From Octopus bimaculoides (taxonomy: Eukaryota): a stretch of 46,814 bases of DNA. Under the pieces are notes generated by a model that had not been told where the DNA came from, made no database searches, and saw only the letters and a program-made list of their open reading frames with translations. Position numbers and translations under genes: made by a program. The DNA is taken from the NCBI RefSeq assembly GCF_001194135.2, contig NC_068994.1:377930-424743 (forward strand). Reading direction: 5' to 3'. Shown here piece by piece: positions 12,583 to 25,896 of this stretch (position 1 is the stretch's first letter; each line of letters begins with the position of its first letter).

Positions 12583-12844
12583 CAATCACTAAACACTAAG
12601 AGGTACAAGGGAAATGAGTTAAGTAGAAGAAACAGTTGGAAATTGGAATAAATTGGTTTATTTGGCTGACTCAGCCCATCAATGGTTTCCTCTGATTTCA
12701 CTGTTTACTGGGTTAAGTAGAAATGGACTGACATATATGTGTGTGTAATGTGTGTATGTATGTAGATATATATATATATATACATATATATATGTATATA
12801 TATATATATATGTATGTATATATCATATATACATATATACATAC

Positions 12845-12953
<109 letters not shown>

Positions 12954-13660
12954 AAGGAGTGGAAACAAACCTACATAGACACATATACTTACCGAGATAC
13001 ACACACGTATACATAATGAACGTGTGTGTGTGTGTGTGTGTATGTGTATATATCTCCATGCAAGCATATACAACATAGACACATACATTTACACACACAC
13101 ACACTCATACCTTTTTGCCCCTCTTAACCAACTCTGGTGTTGAGCAGGATTCCATTTTATTCCCTGCTGCTCATCAATGAAACCATTACCTCCAATAACT
13201 CCCATTCTTACATAGATGAGATATTCTCTCCTTTAAACTTTCCCAACCATGCATCATTCACATGTAACCTGGACACTACATACCAAACGAACACTAATTC
13301 AAGAAACAGAGGAAGCATCTTCCAGTTGGAATCAGTTAGTCTAATCTCCTTCAATAAGAAAACACAATCACCACTCATATCATGAAAGCATAATCACACC
13401 ACATCCCCATTAAATATAAGAAGCATGCAATTAGCCCTCTCACAATTGCTCCTAACACTAAGTCGCACTAGGACTGAGGATATCTCCTAGAGAAAGGGTA
13501 TCCTTAACATAGCCTAGGACCACATCTCAAACACTGACTGACCATTTTTTTTCTCTAGAAACAGAAAATAAAATATCTTCTCAGACTTTCAATAGACCAT
13601 GAGACTGATGTCGCTGGCGTTCCGTTTAATCTGTTGTAAATCAACAGGTACAGAAAACCG

Positions 13661-13710
<50 letters not shown>

Positions 13711-13818
13711 AGCAGTGAACTGAAGACGTACTTCGGAGGGGAGCAGCTGTGGTGGTGAGTGTATAAGTTGGCGGTGGAGATGAGATATAACGTGGTTCAT
13801 AAGCAGCCATTGTTATAG

Positions 13819-13876
13819 CTGTTGTAAAAACAAAGAGAGGAGACATCGTTCGTCTGGATGACGTTGAAATGAGTCG
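13819..13876 (+). CDS. Weak candidate exon (VVKTKRGDIVRLDDVEMS)
   Basis: Acceptor ttatag|, canonical donor CG|gtaagt at 13877, open frame. No homology recognised. Confidence 0.2.
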
Positions 13877-14101
13877 GTAAGTACTTACCAACCCAGGAGC
13901 CTTTCCCTGTTTACAGTCTAGAATGAGTGTGGCTGATAAGAGCAGGAGTACTGTCGTAGCTAGTGGAACTAAACACCAGTGGGAGTTTTACTTGAGATAA
14001 GTAGATGTTAGGGGATTCATATTCGAGTCATCAAAAGAAGGGTCAGTCTTAATGATGCAATCAATGTTTAAGAAAGTGATATGTTAACGAAATGAAATTA
14101 A

Positions 14102-14242
14102 ATGACATGGCAGCAATACATGACAAATGAATGTCTTTATGGAGACCTACTGAAAGTTAACGAGGAGATCAGGCAAAGATGTGTGCGATTATCTGGTCAC
14201 TGCGTGTGCCACCTTGATCCGGAATGGAACTCTCGATCATAA
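14102..14242 (+). mobile_element. RTE-type LINE ORF2 C-terminal fragment
   Basis: MTWQQYMTNECLYGDLLKVNEEIRQRCVRLSGHCVCH matches the RTE/RTE-X consensus xSWxxHxTNEELYGxLPKVSxKIRxRRLRxAGHCxRH. Confidence 0.8.
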
Positions 14243-14314
14243 TAATAAATAGTGTTAACGACTGAAAGAAACAATCGAGACAGCTGAACGTTTCTCCTTT
14301 GCTCATCCAAATAT

Positions 14315-14522
14315 TCAGCAGCCCTGAACTGGTTTGTTAGGGACTTCGAAGGAAAAGCAAAATCTTACCTCGGTAGGATTTGAATTACAAGTACAACTCA
14401 CTTGCCAAATGAGTAGAAAGGAGCAACGGGAAATATAGTGTTCTTGTTCAAGGAGCACAACGTACCGCCTGGAAACGAATTCACGATCGAGTGCCGAATA
14501 CCCAAAATACTAAGCAATACGC
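14315..14522 (-). mobile_element. Degenerate SINE family B (possibly composite)
   Basis: tacaactcacttgccaaatgagtagaaaggagcaacgggaaatatagtgttcttgttcaaggagcacaacg...acgatcgagtgccgaatacccaaaatactaagc. Confidence 0.65.
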
Positions 14523-14565
14523 CCTCACACACATATTATAATACAAACATTCATATATATATATA

Positions 14566-15408
14566 CAGGGGGCGTGAGATATGTGAGGACAGATTTATGT
14601 TTATAAAAAAAAAACAGATATATAATAACAGATAACTTTATCAAACAATGCTATGAGGATAAAAATAAACCTTCTTTTCTATAATGTTATTCAATAAAGC
14701 CACCTTCAGCTTCAACAACTGCTTCTATATGAGATGTAAATCATCTACATGCTCGAATCAAGTAGTCCTGGTTCATTTTGAACATTACTCTGATTATGGC
14801 AGCTTTCAAAGAATCTTTGGTGTTATGGACGAAGTTTTTCTCGTTTGAGAAAAAAACCAAATCAAATCTTCTTCTGTTGGATTTTTCAGTTTGTTTAAAA
14901 GCCTTTTAAATCTGATGTAGTGATTTTCTTTGGCTTTATCTGACAAATTGACCTTTCCTCATCACATAAGACTTATATCTGATGTCTTCGTGGACAACAT
15001 TTCTGACTGCTCCTTCTGACACATGGAGATCTTTTGTGACTGACCTCATGGACTTTCTGGGATTGTAATCAATGGTCTGCTGAACTTGTCGGATAAATTC
15101 AGGTGTTCTGATGATTTCAGAGCGTTTAGAATGCTTTTTATGCTTTGATACTGGTGATACGTTTCCATCTTCAGTCTCTAACTCCTTACGAACTTTGTAG
15201 GCGAAAGACCTGGCAACTTTTAAAAATCGAGATATTTCTAAACCGCTATGCTCAGCCGTTATAACCACAATAACAGCATGCCTCTTCATTTCTTGTGTAA
15301 GCTGAGGGTCTGCCTCTATTATTTTTTGAAACAAAGATTATACAGAGTTACCAAAAAATGCAGCAATGACCTAAATAAGGTATGTCTTCAAATACCTTAC
15401 GCAACCTG
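14566..15408 (-). mobile_element. Internally deleted Tc1/mariner element, maT (DD37D)-like
   Basis: ORF 15334-14936 (QLTQEMKRHAVIV...LEISRFLKVARSFAYKVRKEL...IRTPEFIRQVQQTIDYNPRKSMRS...LHVSEGAVRNVVHEDIRYKSYVMRKGQF) is the transposase HTH region. It is followed by ...WFFSNEKNF joined directly to the C-terminus VHNTKDSLKAAIIRV...EAVVEAEGGFIE* (stop 14687-14689). Degenerate TIRs (21/28 match) lie at 14565-14592 and 15382-15409, with TA at the left end. Confidence 0.9.
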
Positions 15409-15698
15409 TGTACACACATACGCACACACACATATATATGCGTACATAGGCGTACAGAAATGTATGTAAGTGTATATATTCGTTATAATTCATTTTTTCC
15501 AAATATTTGAAACCACCACCATCACCAAAAATTTAATAAATAAATAAATCCTCCATCTTTACATTCAGGATATTTAGCGGCGATTTCTTCAGATTCATTC
15601 GAGTTTCGTTTTATCTTCAAATGTCTCTTCGTTTTACTGTTCCTATACATACGCACACATTCATACACACACACGCACACCCACATACATATACATAG

Positions 15699-15729
<31 letters not shown>

Positions 15730-16213
15730 TACCATTATATTCCACTAAATATGATTCCCCAACCCCACCCACTTTCCATTGAGCCCCTGCTAATTACTCA
15801 GCACAGGAAAATAGGTTCTTCATAATTGTGTGATATTTATTCCCGTAATTACGATAAAAGCTCAATTTCTCCAATTAAAAGATCCATTTTTGATATTAAT
15901 TTCATTAACTCGGACATTCTTTGTTAAGTTGTTTACTGATACATCGAGAGTATTTTGGGGTTCGTAATATTTCGGTTGTTTCCGTACATCAACGGTTTCC
16001 ATGTTGCGATGTATATAGACACTAACACATTTGTACTACATGACCTTGTTCTTCTGCTTATGAGGTTCCTCGTCTTAGTACATTTTCTCTGAAGGTCTTG
16101 TTGCTAAAAACACAATCGTGTCCGAAGAAAACAAAATCGAATATCTACATTCAATATGGCTACAGATTCGACAGCTTTTACAATGTCTTCCTTCGATATA
16201 CTTATTACACGCA

Positions 16214-16244
<31 letters not shown>

Positions 16245-16492
16245 TGTATGCGCGCGCGCGCTTCTCTCCCACTGCGCCGCCCATCTCGCTGCCTGAAGCT
16301 ACTCTAAACCAGTGGAGCGCCCTAACCTTTCAGTTTCCGTACAACATGATAAATGAGTTGAAAAGTTCACCTCTGTTGTATTAAACTTCTCTAGTTTGGA
16401 CAAGCAAACACTCCACCCTCTCCAACTCACCCAAATAAACAGATAGGCATGTATGTATATATAAATCACATGCAGTTAAATGTGTGCGCGTA

Positions 16493-16532
<40 letters not shown>

Positions 16533-17327
16533 CGCGCGTAATAATGTTACGTGAATGCGTTATGTACATTCATCGCAGAAACCAAATTTTATATATATGT
16601 GATTAAATATGCAGATGTATATGCACACGTGTAGATGAAGATATATATATTATAGAATTTAACAAAGGTACACATATATATACACGTATGTATGTATAAG
16701 TGCGGAAGTGTGTGTGTGTATGCATGAGTAGATCTGTGTGTGCGAGTCTCTTTCCTTCTCTGTCCCCACCCCACCACCTCCAGTGTTTCAATCAGTTCCG
16801 CGATGAATCTGGTAATCTCTCAACAACCGACCCTTTTCGGTCTGGGATCAAATTTTGACAGAGGAACCGCTGCCCCCTCTCTACTGAGAGTTTGCTGTGT
16901 GAATATGGGCGAGCAAAGACGCGTGCTTATATAAAACACATAAGCTTACTTGCATTTAAGCATACATCTGTACAACATATCACTTTTAATTGTATAGCGT
17001 CTATCTGCATGCATATGCACGAATGCGCACGCGCGGATGTGTATGTTGTTATGCCAACGAATAGACTGGATGAAGCCCCCTACATGGTCAGTTAGTGGAA
17101 CAGACTGTTGTAGCTTGCCTTTTTTTTTTTTCACAACCATCGCAGCGCGAGATGGTTGTGATATACTAAACTGTTTTGAATAGGAACTCGAAAGCGAAGA
17201 ATGAACACGCAATGCGCATGTGCACACTGAATTCATAAAACGGAAGAGAAGAATGAAAATGCAGTGCGCATGTCAAAGTAAAACGGAAGCGGGGAATAAA
17301 ACAAGTCATATGATGGTCTGCATGCCA

Positions 17328-17530
17328 CATCCGACACCATCCGACACCATCCGACACCATCCGACACCATCCGACACCATCCGACACCACCATCCGACAC
17401 CATCCGACACNNNNNNNNNNNNNNNNNNNNNNNNNNNNNNNNNNNNNNNNNNNNNNNNNNNNNNNNNNNACATCCGACACCATCCGACACCATCCGACAC
17501 CATCCGACACCATCCGACACCATCCGACAC
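17328..17530 (+). repeat. 10-bp minisatellite (CATCCGACAC)n spanning a gap
   Basis: Near-perfect copies on both sides of N run 17411-17469; one unit carries an extra CAC. Confidence 0.97.
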
Positions 17531-17949
17531 CACCACCATCACGTAGCTTTGCTGGAATTTTCTTGTTGCCTCTGCAATCTTTTTTTATTCATTAAGAAGC
17601 CAGTAAGTTCCTGTCTAGAAACCTTCAGCTCCACCAGACAATAAGGAACGAAGCTGTAAAGTAAATAGCAGCTTCTCTTTATTTCAAGTGAGCGCGTTTT
17701 GAGGAGGCAACGTCACACGTGACATACATGACACAAGATGCGCAGGGAATATTGGCTGAAATAACGGAAGAACAAGGTGTGTTGTACAAATACAATAATA
17801 CACCTTTTAATAGTTAGTATAACTTGTGGCGAGGGGACGAGTACTACACCCGTGCTGATCGTGGCCTGATAGACCTGCACGGTTGAGGTCGCGGTTGTGG
17901 TGATACCTGTAAACGATAAACAATACTTGGCAATAATGGTGGTCAAATC

Positions 17950-18093
17950 CAAGTGTTTCACTGGTACATCGACCCCGAAAGGATGAAAGACAAAGTCGAC
18001 CACTGCCGAATTTGAACACAGAACGTAAAACCGATTGAAATTCCGCTAAGCATTTTGTCCGGCGTGCTAACGATTCTGCCAGCTCGATGCCTT
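17950..18093 (-). mobile_element. SINE family A
   Basis: tcgaccccgaaaggatgaaagacaaagtcgacc...gctaagcattttgtccggcgtgctaacgattctgccagctcg. Confidence 0.9.
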
Positions 18094-18181
18094 AATTGAC
18101 CTCAATATTAGTCACCCCGGCAGTGAGGGAATGCTAGAACACGTAAATATATATGGTATACTGTGTTGTACATATAACAGG

Positions 18182-18250
<69 letters not shown>

Positions 18251-18994
18251 TGTGTGTGTCTAACTCAAATCATACCCAATGGTTTATGCGGGGTCTGAGG
18301 AAGACAAATGTTGTGCACTTTGGTGGAAGGAAGTTTGTTTGTCAAACTTTGTAGAAGACATAAATGTAGGCGTGGAAGTGTCTGGTATTAGAGGCAGAAA
18401 ACTGTTGGGTTTCCAGAATTTCGTGGACATAGATTCCGAATCCTTTGTCTTCGTTGGAGATAAATTTTCATTTTTTTTTATTGACGGAAGTTAGATCTCA
18501 CTGAAACTGCATCAATTTATCTCCAGTTATTTCTGAGCCTACAAGATCCTAGGCAAGTCGCAGTGTATCCTGGTCACTCAGCCACATCATTTAATGAACT
18601 CGTGTTCCTTTATCAGTAAACAACAACACAGCAACAGCGGAAGGCAGCCGAGCGTTTTTGAAATTTAAAGGACAGGGTTACCTATCATATCCTAGAGCTC
18701 CTCTCGTCTATTTTAGTTTATAGGGAATAAATATAGAAAGTCCCCTATAGAATATTCTTCAGGGGAGGAATGAAAAAAAAATTTAACCAGGAAACATGGC
18801 ACTACTTCCACATTTAAATGAAACGAAAAAAAAAAAAAGAACAATTTATCTAAAGTGAATTCCAACTTCAGCCGCAAGATTATAAAGTTTCCAATTCTGT
18901 TTGTCTTGGATTTTTTCAAGTTCAATTTATTGAGAATATCGTCACTTCTGCACCCGCATCGTTCCTGCTAGTGTGTGTGTGGGTGCGTGTGTGT

Positions 18995-19084
<90 letters not shown>

Positions 19085-19772
19085 ATACACATATTATTGC
19101 AACAATCAAGTAAATACAAGCATATATGTCTCCCTATTTATTCACACACATAACATGTCATACTCAGTGTGGTGGGTATATATATTTAATCTATGAGTAT
19201 ATGTCAATATTCAGCTGAAGTAATTTTGTTGAAACTTCCATGGATTGTGACCTGTGTGGTGGTGGTGGTAGTGGCGGTGGCAGTGATAGTGATTGTGGCG
19301 GCGGTAGTGGTGGTGGTGTGTAAGAAAAACATCCAAATTTAATCAAAAACTGTAAAATGGAGAAGAAAAATTGATTGTGACTTTTAATCTTAGTCCAAGT
19401 TAGGAACTCAATATATCCCTATTGGTGTATATAACATCGCTACACACGCACACCCACACACATACAAACACATACACGCACATACACACACGCATACAAA
19501 CACACACAGACACACACGCATACAAACAGACACACACACACGCACGCATTAAAATAATATGCAGACACTTAGACACTCGCTCTCTACCAAAGTACAGTTC
19601 GTTAACACCAATGTGTGCGTATACATATATGTGTGTATGTGTGTGTATGCAAAAATACATCCGTGTGTGTGTGTGTATTGGTTTGTGTACATATATATAC
19701 ATACATATGTATATAACCCATAATATATGTATGTTTATATACATACATACTTAATACAACGCGTACATATAT

Positions 19773-19808
<36 letters not shown>

Positions 19809-21096
19809 NNNNNNNNNNATATATATATATATATACATGTATGTATATAATATTTGTACATATGTATAAGCACTTTATTTAATGTGCGTGTCTGCACGCG
19901 CGAGTGCATGCAGATCTTTACCAAAAGAAAATGAAAGCTGGCGATGAGCCGCTATCTTTTCCCATCTCTGCAAAAGAGATACAAGCGCCTTACGATCCTT
20001 CATTTACTCTCGAAAAAGGAGTTTTAACCCCGAAATATTGAAATATAAGATTAAATATAAACTACTAATTTGTTTGTTTCTATTCTCGCCCACCTCTTTT
20101 CTAAATTCCTTTCTACGCCGACTTTTCTAAAACCATTTTAACAATTCTATTTCTCAACGTCTTATATAAACCAATCTTTTCGCAGATATTGTCTTTTGCT
20201 GAGGTTATTTGGAACGCGCACTGTTTGTATTTTGCACTTTTATTGCAAATTAATTAATTAATTCACTAATTAGTTGATCCTAACTCCACTGTCTCTTTCA
20301 TGCGTGAGCGCAGGGACATTATTTAATATATACATCGATAAAGTCAAAAAAAAGAAAAAGAAAAGGTCTGGAAGACGCACAGTGTCAGAGCGCACCTTTG
20401 ATGCAAGTCTGATGAAGTTCCACCCAAATATCTAAAACCGCAAATATTACATAAACTTTCACTTGGAATTTTAGCGTAAACTGACGTTGCAAGCAGAGTC
20501 GGTACAGAAACAATTGTAACTGGTCATTAAAAATGTGTTCAAGTGTTTCTTTGTCTTATTGTTTGGACTATATAAATATATATATATTCACTATATACAT
20601 ATTTAATAGGTGTAGAAGCATATTCAGTCTTTGAGTGTATAACCACGCCGCGCATCCATTTCAACCAGCAATTTTTAAAGACCTCCTACCCTCTCTCCTC
20701 CCCTAACTCCAGCCCCGTCACATTATCTTTAACTCAAACCAACTGAAACAGTTCTTAAACTCTCCTTCCGACCAATTCCTTCTCCTTCTCCACCTCCCTT
20801 TCTGTCTTTCCTACTTTTCCTCCAACCCCTCTTACTCCACTCCTCCCACTTCATCCCCTCTTTCCCCACCACCACCTCAACATCCTTAAAAATTATTTTG
20901 GACGTTTATTTCTTTGACTTTTTCTCACTACTTTTTATTCCGTTCTCATCTTTGCTCTTATTGTTACCGTGCGCGTGTGTGTGTGTGTGTCTGAGATCGC
21001 ATATTCATATACGTTTGTGTGTATGTGAATATGTGTGTGTACTGTGTTTGTGTGTGTGAGTTGTGTGCAAATAACAGTACCCTTCACTACCCCTCA

Positions 21097-21146
<50 letters not shown>

Positions 21147-23783
21147 CACTCACTCACACACAAGCAAACACACAAATGTCGACCAGTTTGACATCAGGGT
21201 GTAAGACAAGCTCCCTTTCTCTCCCCAACGTTATTACCGTCTTATCTCTGCCACCGTCTTTATTACTTCGCTAACACACTCTCCACTTTCTCACCCGGCT
21301 TTTATTTCCCTCTTAAATAAAACGATGGTGTGTGTGTGTGTGTGTGTGTGTATCTGTGTGTGTGCGTGCGTGTGTGTATTATATATAAATTTATAGACTT
21401 AGGAAGATATACATAGGTATATGTAAAAAAATAATTTGTTTATATGTCTTCGTATGTTTGTCTTATACACACACACACACACACACATACATGCATACAT
21501 ACGTACATACATTCACATGTATAGTATATATATGTATATACATGCTATTAACTTTTTAAATGCCTGCTGTTGTTTGTTCCTCTGTATATTCTCTTTCTCC
21601 TCGTCTAATACAAACATTCACCAGAAAGTGAGAAAAAAACGTTCTAAATACGTCAAAAACCTCTGAAAGTCTGAGAGAAGAAGAAATTCTGACTGTTTTC
21701 TGACTCCAAATTGGATAAAATATTCTGAGAGTGTTGGGAGCAGCCGACATTGTGTGTTGTGTGGAGTCTATTGTAGAAGGATGACATAAAAAAGAAAAAG
21801 AAAAAAGAAAGCGAGCAACAATTCTATTATTTATGGATGCCTGATTCAATTTAGCAATTACAACACATGGTTTCACTTAGCTGATCTGCTTTCTATTACA
21901 GCCACATGTGATGTTGTCTGGGTGGAGATTGGGGGGGGTAGTAGTAGTGATGGTGCAGAATAGCTTCTCATGTAGCTGTATCACTGCTACGTGTGGTGAT
22001 ACAGGAGTATGGTTTCTGATGTAGCTGTACCACTACTACATGTGGTGTAGTGTTGGCAGAGGTAGTGCAATAAGGTGCCCGATTCAATTGTATTACATTC
22101 AAACTGAGGTAGTGTTTGTGTTTCATTATAATTTCTGAGACACGTATACAACAGCCACATGTTTTCTTTTTATGATGATGCAATGTACTTTTTGATGACA
22201 ACCTACATCAGACACGTGGTACCACTCCTGAACAAACTCTACCAGTCACACAAGACATGGAGCTATTGGCAGAATAACTCTTCAGTCACCACTGTGGCTA
22301 CATGTGACCTAACTCATTGGGATACCTTCTGTCTATGTGGCAACTTTGCTGCTCAAATCTAAGCAAATAACATCGAACCTAAAAACAAAACAAATATAAA
22401 AATTTCTGCAAAATAGGGGTAGCTTATCCTGTTCAGGCTATATATTATTAGCATTATCCTGCGTTTGAGAATTTAAAATCATTTCTTTAACTTTATAAGA
22501 CATCTCAACGCTTCTAAAAGCAAACATCGTTTGTTTGTTTACGTTCGTCGTAATTTCAATTTATAAAAATTAAATATATTAAAACATCATAATGGTTTCA
22601 AATTTTGACACAAGGCCAGCATTGTTAAAAATATCCTTTTTTAAATATAACTTTATATATACAGAATTCAAAATAAGCTGGAGTTTTAGTTTACTTAAAA
22701 ACAAGTCATTAACTGTATGAATGGCTCCAAACAAAACGTGTGTTGATCTATATCTATCTATCTATCTATCTATCTATCTGCCTATCTGTCTATCTGTCTG
22801 TCTGTCTGTCTGTCTATCTCTCAATTTGTCTTCCTGTCTACCTATTTATCTGTGTCTGTCTATCTTTCTTTCTATCTATCTGCCTACCTATTTATCTATC
22901 TTTGTGTCTGTCTGCTTGTTTATTAGTTCCGTATTACTTCAAACAAAATTAAAGACAGCTAATACTTACGTAGCCAACATACTAACCAATAAACTAATTA
23001 ACTAATGTGCTAACCAATATTACTAAACTAATAAATCCCTAACCAGCACATCCCCCCCCACACACACACACCCACACCCTGCATAATTCATTGTAGAATT
23101 TACTTCACTCGACACACCGTACAGTTTACCTGACAGGATCGTACAGTTTAGGTAAAGAGACAATAAAGGCCATCAATCACGCATAAACTACCCGGGGTGC
23201 TTAGGGTCCACGAGATATTAATAAAGTCAATCTAGTGTTCAGATGATAATCCTTAGCTGTTTGCCAGGGTGTGATGATGTAGGATGGGTGGAATAGGTCA
23301 TCTTTTCACGGTCCAATGATTCGCTCGGTTGTGAAACCTTACCCCGCTACCCGGACAAATATGTAGGCTACACAAACCAATTTCACGGGTGATTCACTCG
23401 GCACAAAGACGCTACAGAAGTCAGTGACAGGGTTTCGTTCCCTCATCGTTGACTGGGTGTGAAATTGGCTATAATTGGGGTACGGGGTAGCTATCATTGG
23501 TAGACTTTCGGGTATAGGGGTGGTGAGTGGCAGGTGTAAGTGTAGTGTGTCAGTAGGGGAGGGAGGGAAAGGGGTGGTCACTACTATTATCCCAGCCACT
23601 AATCTCGCGATTCAGCACTCTACCTCACACCTCCTCTCTCCCTCTCTCTCTCTCTTTCTCTCTCCAGACATCTCAACTCCTCCAACATCAACGTCACCAT
23701 CATGAACCATCAGCTTCACCATCATCATGAACATTAATATCATCTTCATCGTCGCCGCCGCCATCGTCATCGTCATCAGAGTC

Positions 23784-23817
<34 letters not shown>

Positions 23818-24353
23818 GTCGTCGTCGTCGTCGTCACCATCATCCTCTCTACAATACTTCCTCTCATTTTGAATATCATCTACGTTGCTGTTGTTGTTCT
23901 TGTTAATGGAGCCTCCAACCGGATACGAGCCATTTTGTAGACAGACAGACAGGAGATATACTGAGACACACACAATGAAGGCTAAAACAAAAAAAGACAT
24001 CAAAGTAGTTCGCTTTCCATGCTGGCATGGGTTGAGCGTGTTGTCAGAGTCCAAGTCAGTTCATACTAAGAGCCGCCGCCTTCAAGACGATCCCGTCTCA
24101 CTCGAACGTTTCATATTTGGTTTCGTTTCTATGATGTGAATGTCATTCCTTTCACCAACCACTTTAATGTGCTGCAAGTAATTTACCGTGGCACCAGTGC
24201 CAGAAAGGTTGATATGTCTTCGACGAGACATCACTACAGGGTCTTCTCCGCTAATTTGCCAGCCTCTTTACAAAGGGTATTAGGTACCTTTTATCGGGGT
24301 GCTTGCACTAGAAAATTATGACATCCAGGTAAATATTCACATAATTATATATC

Positions 24354-24609
24354 ATAGGCGCAGACGTGGTTATATGCTTCCCAAACACATGCTTCCGGGT
24401 TCAGTCCCTCTGCGTGACACCTGGGGCAGGTGTCATCTACTATAGCCTTGCGCTGACCAAAGCCTTGTGAGTCGAATTGGTGCGNNNNNNNNNNNNNNNN
24501 NNNNNNNNNNNNNNNNNNNNNNNNNNNNNNNNNNNNNNNNNNNNNNNNNNNNNNNNNNNNNNNNNNNNNNNNNNNNNNNNNNNNNNNNNNNNNNNNNNNN
24601 NNNNNNNNN

Positions 24610-24665
<56 letters not shown>

Positions 24666-24836
24666 TCTCCTACCATTGCTTTACAACCAGTGCTGGAGTG
24701 TTTACGTTCCCATAACCGAGTGGTTCGGCAAAAGCGACCGATAGAATAAGTACCATGCTTTAAAACAATAAGCACTGGAATCGATACATTCGACTAAAAA
24801 TTCTCCAAGGTACCGCCCCAACAAAGCCGCAGTCAG
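24354..24836 (+). mobile_element. SINE family C with internal (TG)n and gap
   Basis: Head ataggcgcagacgtggtt...ccgggttcagtccctctgcgtgacacc; body ggttcggcaaaagcgaccgatagaataagtacc...aaggtaccgccccaacaaagccgcagtc. Confidence 0.85.
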
Positions 24837-25382
24837 ATCTTTTCTGTTTGGCTGCACTTTTTGAAATTTTAAAATTAAATGAAAATTTTCAAATTTGGTG
24901 TATTGATGTAATTTTTCACAATGAATCTCAGGAGATAATTCACTTGTTGCCAAAACATTTTTTTTAAAGTTAAAGGGTTTTTAAAGTTTGATCATTTTTA
25001 TTCAGCCAGAAAACAGGATTTGAAAGCTGTCCTTTTATGCGTGACTACCAGCGTAAGACGACGAATCAATAGTGTCGACATTGCGACGATAGAACGTATT
25101 TTAAGCATTTAATAAACGAAATTACTAAAATTAACGAGTAAACAATAGCTAGCTTTAAGCATTCAAGAGATGGGTATCGAAAATGCAACGTAAAATATCT
25201 AAAAACAGCAACAGATGGGGTACAAGCAGAAAAACACAACGTAAAATATCAGTTTGTAAACGCACGTGGTTTTTCGTAAACAAGAGTTCCAGCGGTTGGC
25301 TTGTTACTATGGGAACAGGCACTCATATTAACTGCTTATTTATTGATTTTTGGTGGAAAAGAATTTCATGTCAATAATTAAC

Positions 25383-25446
<64 letters not shown>

Positions 25447-25561
25447 ACAGGTAGATAAATAGACACGTGTGTGTGTATTTGGGAACAAAGGCATATGTTT
25501 TTTACGCACGCACAATGAAAAATAAGAGTAGCGGTAGTAGTAGTAGTAGTAGTAGTAGTAA

Positions 25562-25596
<35 letters not shown>

Positions 25597-25865
25597 TCAT
25601 CTTTGCGTGCGTGTGTGTGAGTGTGAGTGCTCGCTATCAAGCTAGAGTCCATGCAAGTTACCCTCCCCCCTGGGGGTCGGTCTCTATTGCCCCCCCCCCT
25701 CACTCCCACTCCGTGTTGACGTCACACAGTGTTTCATTCCTGAAAGAATGATTGAAATAAGAACCAATTCGATGGAACGATCGGCTAAAATACCAAAGGA
25801 TCGTGTGTACGAGAGGGCAGAGTTTATGGGTTTTGTAGTCACCCCTGACAACAACACCTCGCACA

Positions 25866-25896
<31 letters not shown>

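Noticed and set aside
15880-16050. 58-codon open frame on the minus strand (METVDVRKQPKYYEPQNTLDV...)
   Set aside because: Open stretches of this length are expected by chance across six frames. No homology or clear splice pair.
16150-16215. Laminin-EGF-like CNKYIEGRHCKSC on the minus strand
   Set aside because: The first Cys residues come from a (TG)n tract, there is no acceptor, and the remaining Cys spacing is wrong.
17328-17530. Regular repeat array as CRISPR
   Set aside because: Contiguous 10-bp units with no spacers, no cas genes, and a eukaryotic context.
17804-17906. Minus exon GITTTATSTVQVYQATISTGVVLVPSPQVILTIK, and plus frame ...LIDLHG-TGA-GRGCG as a selenoprotein
   Set aside because: The donor is weak (gtgtat) and no family is recognised. 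No SECIS was seen for the TGA reading. Left unresolved.
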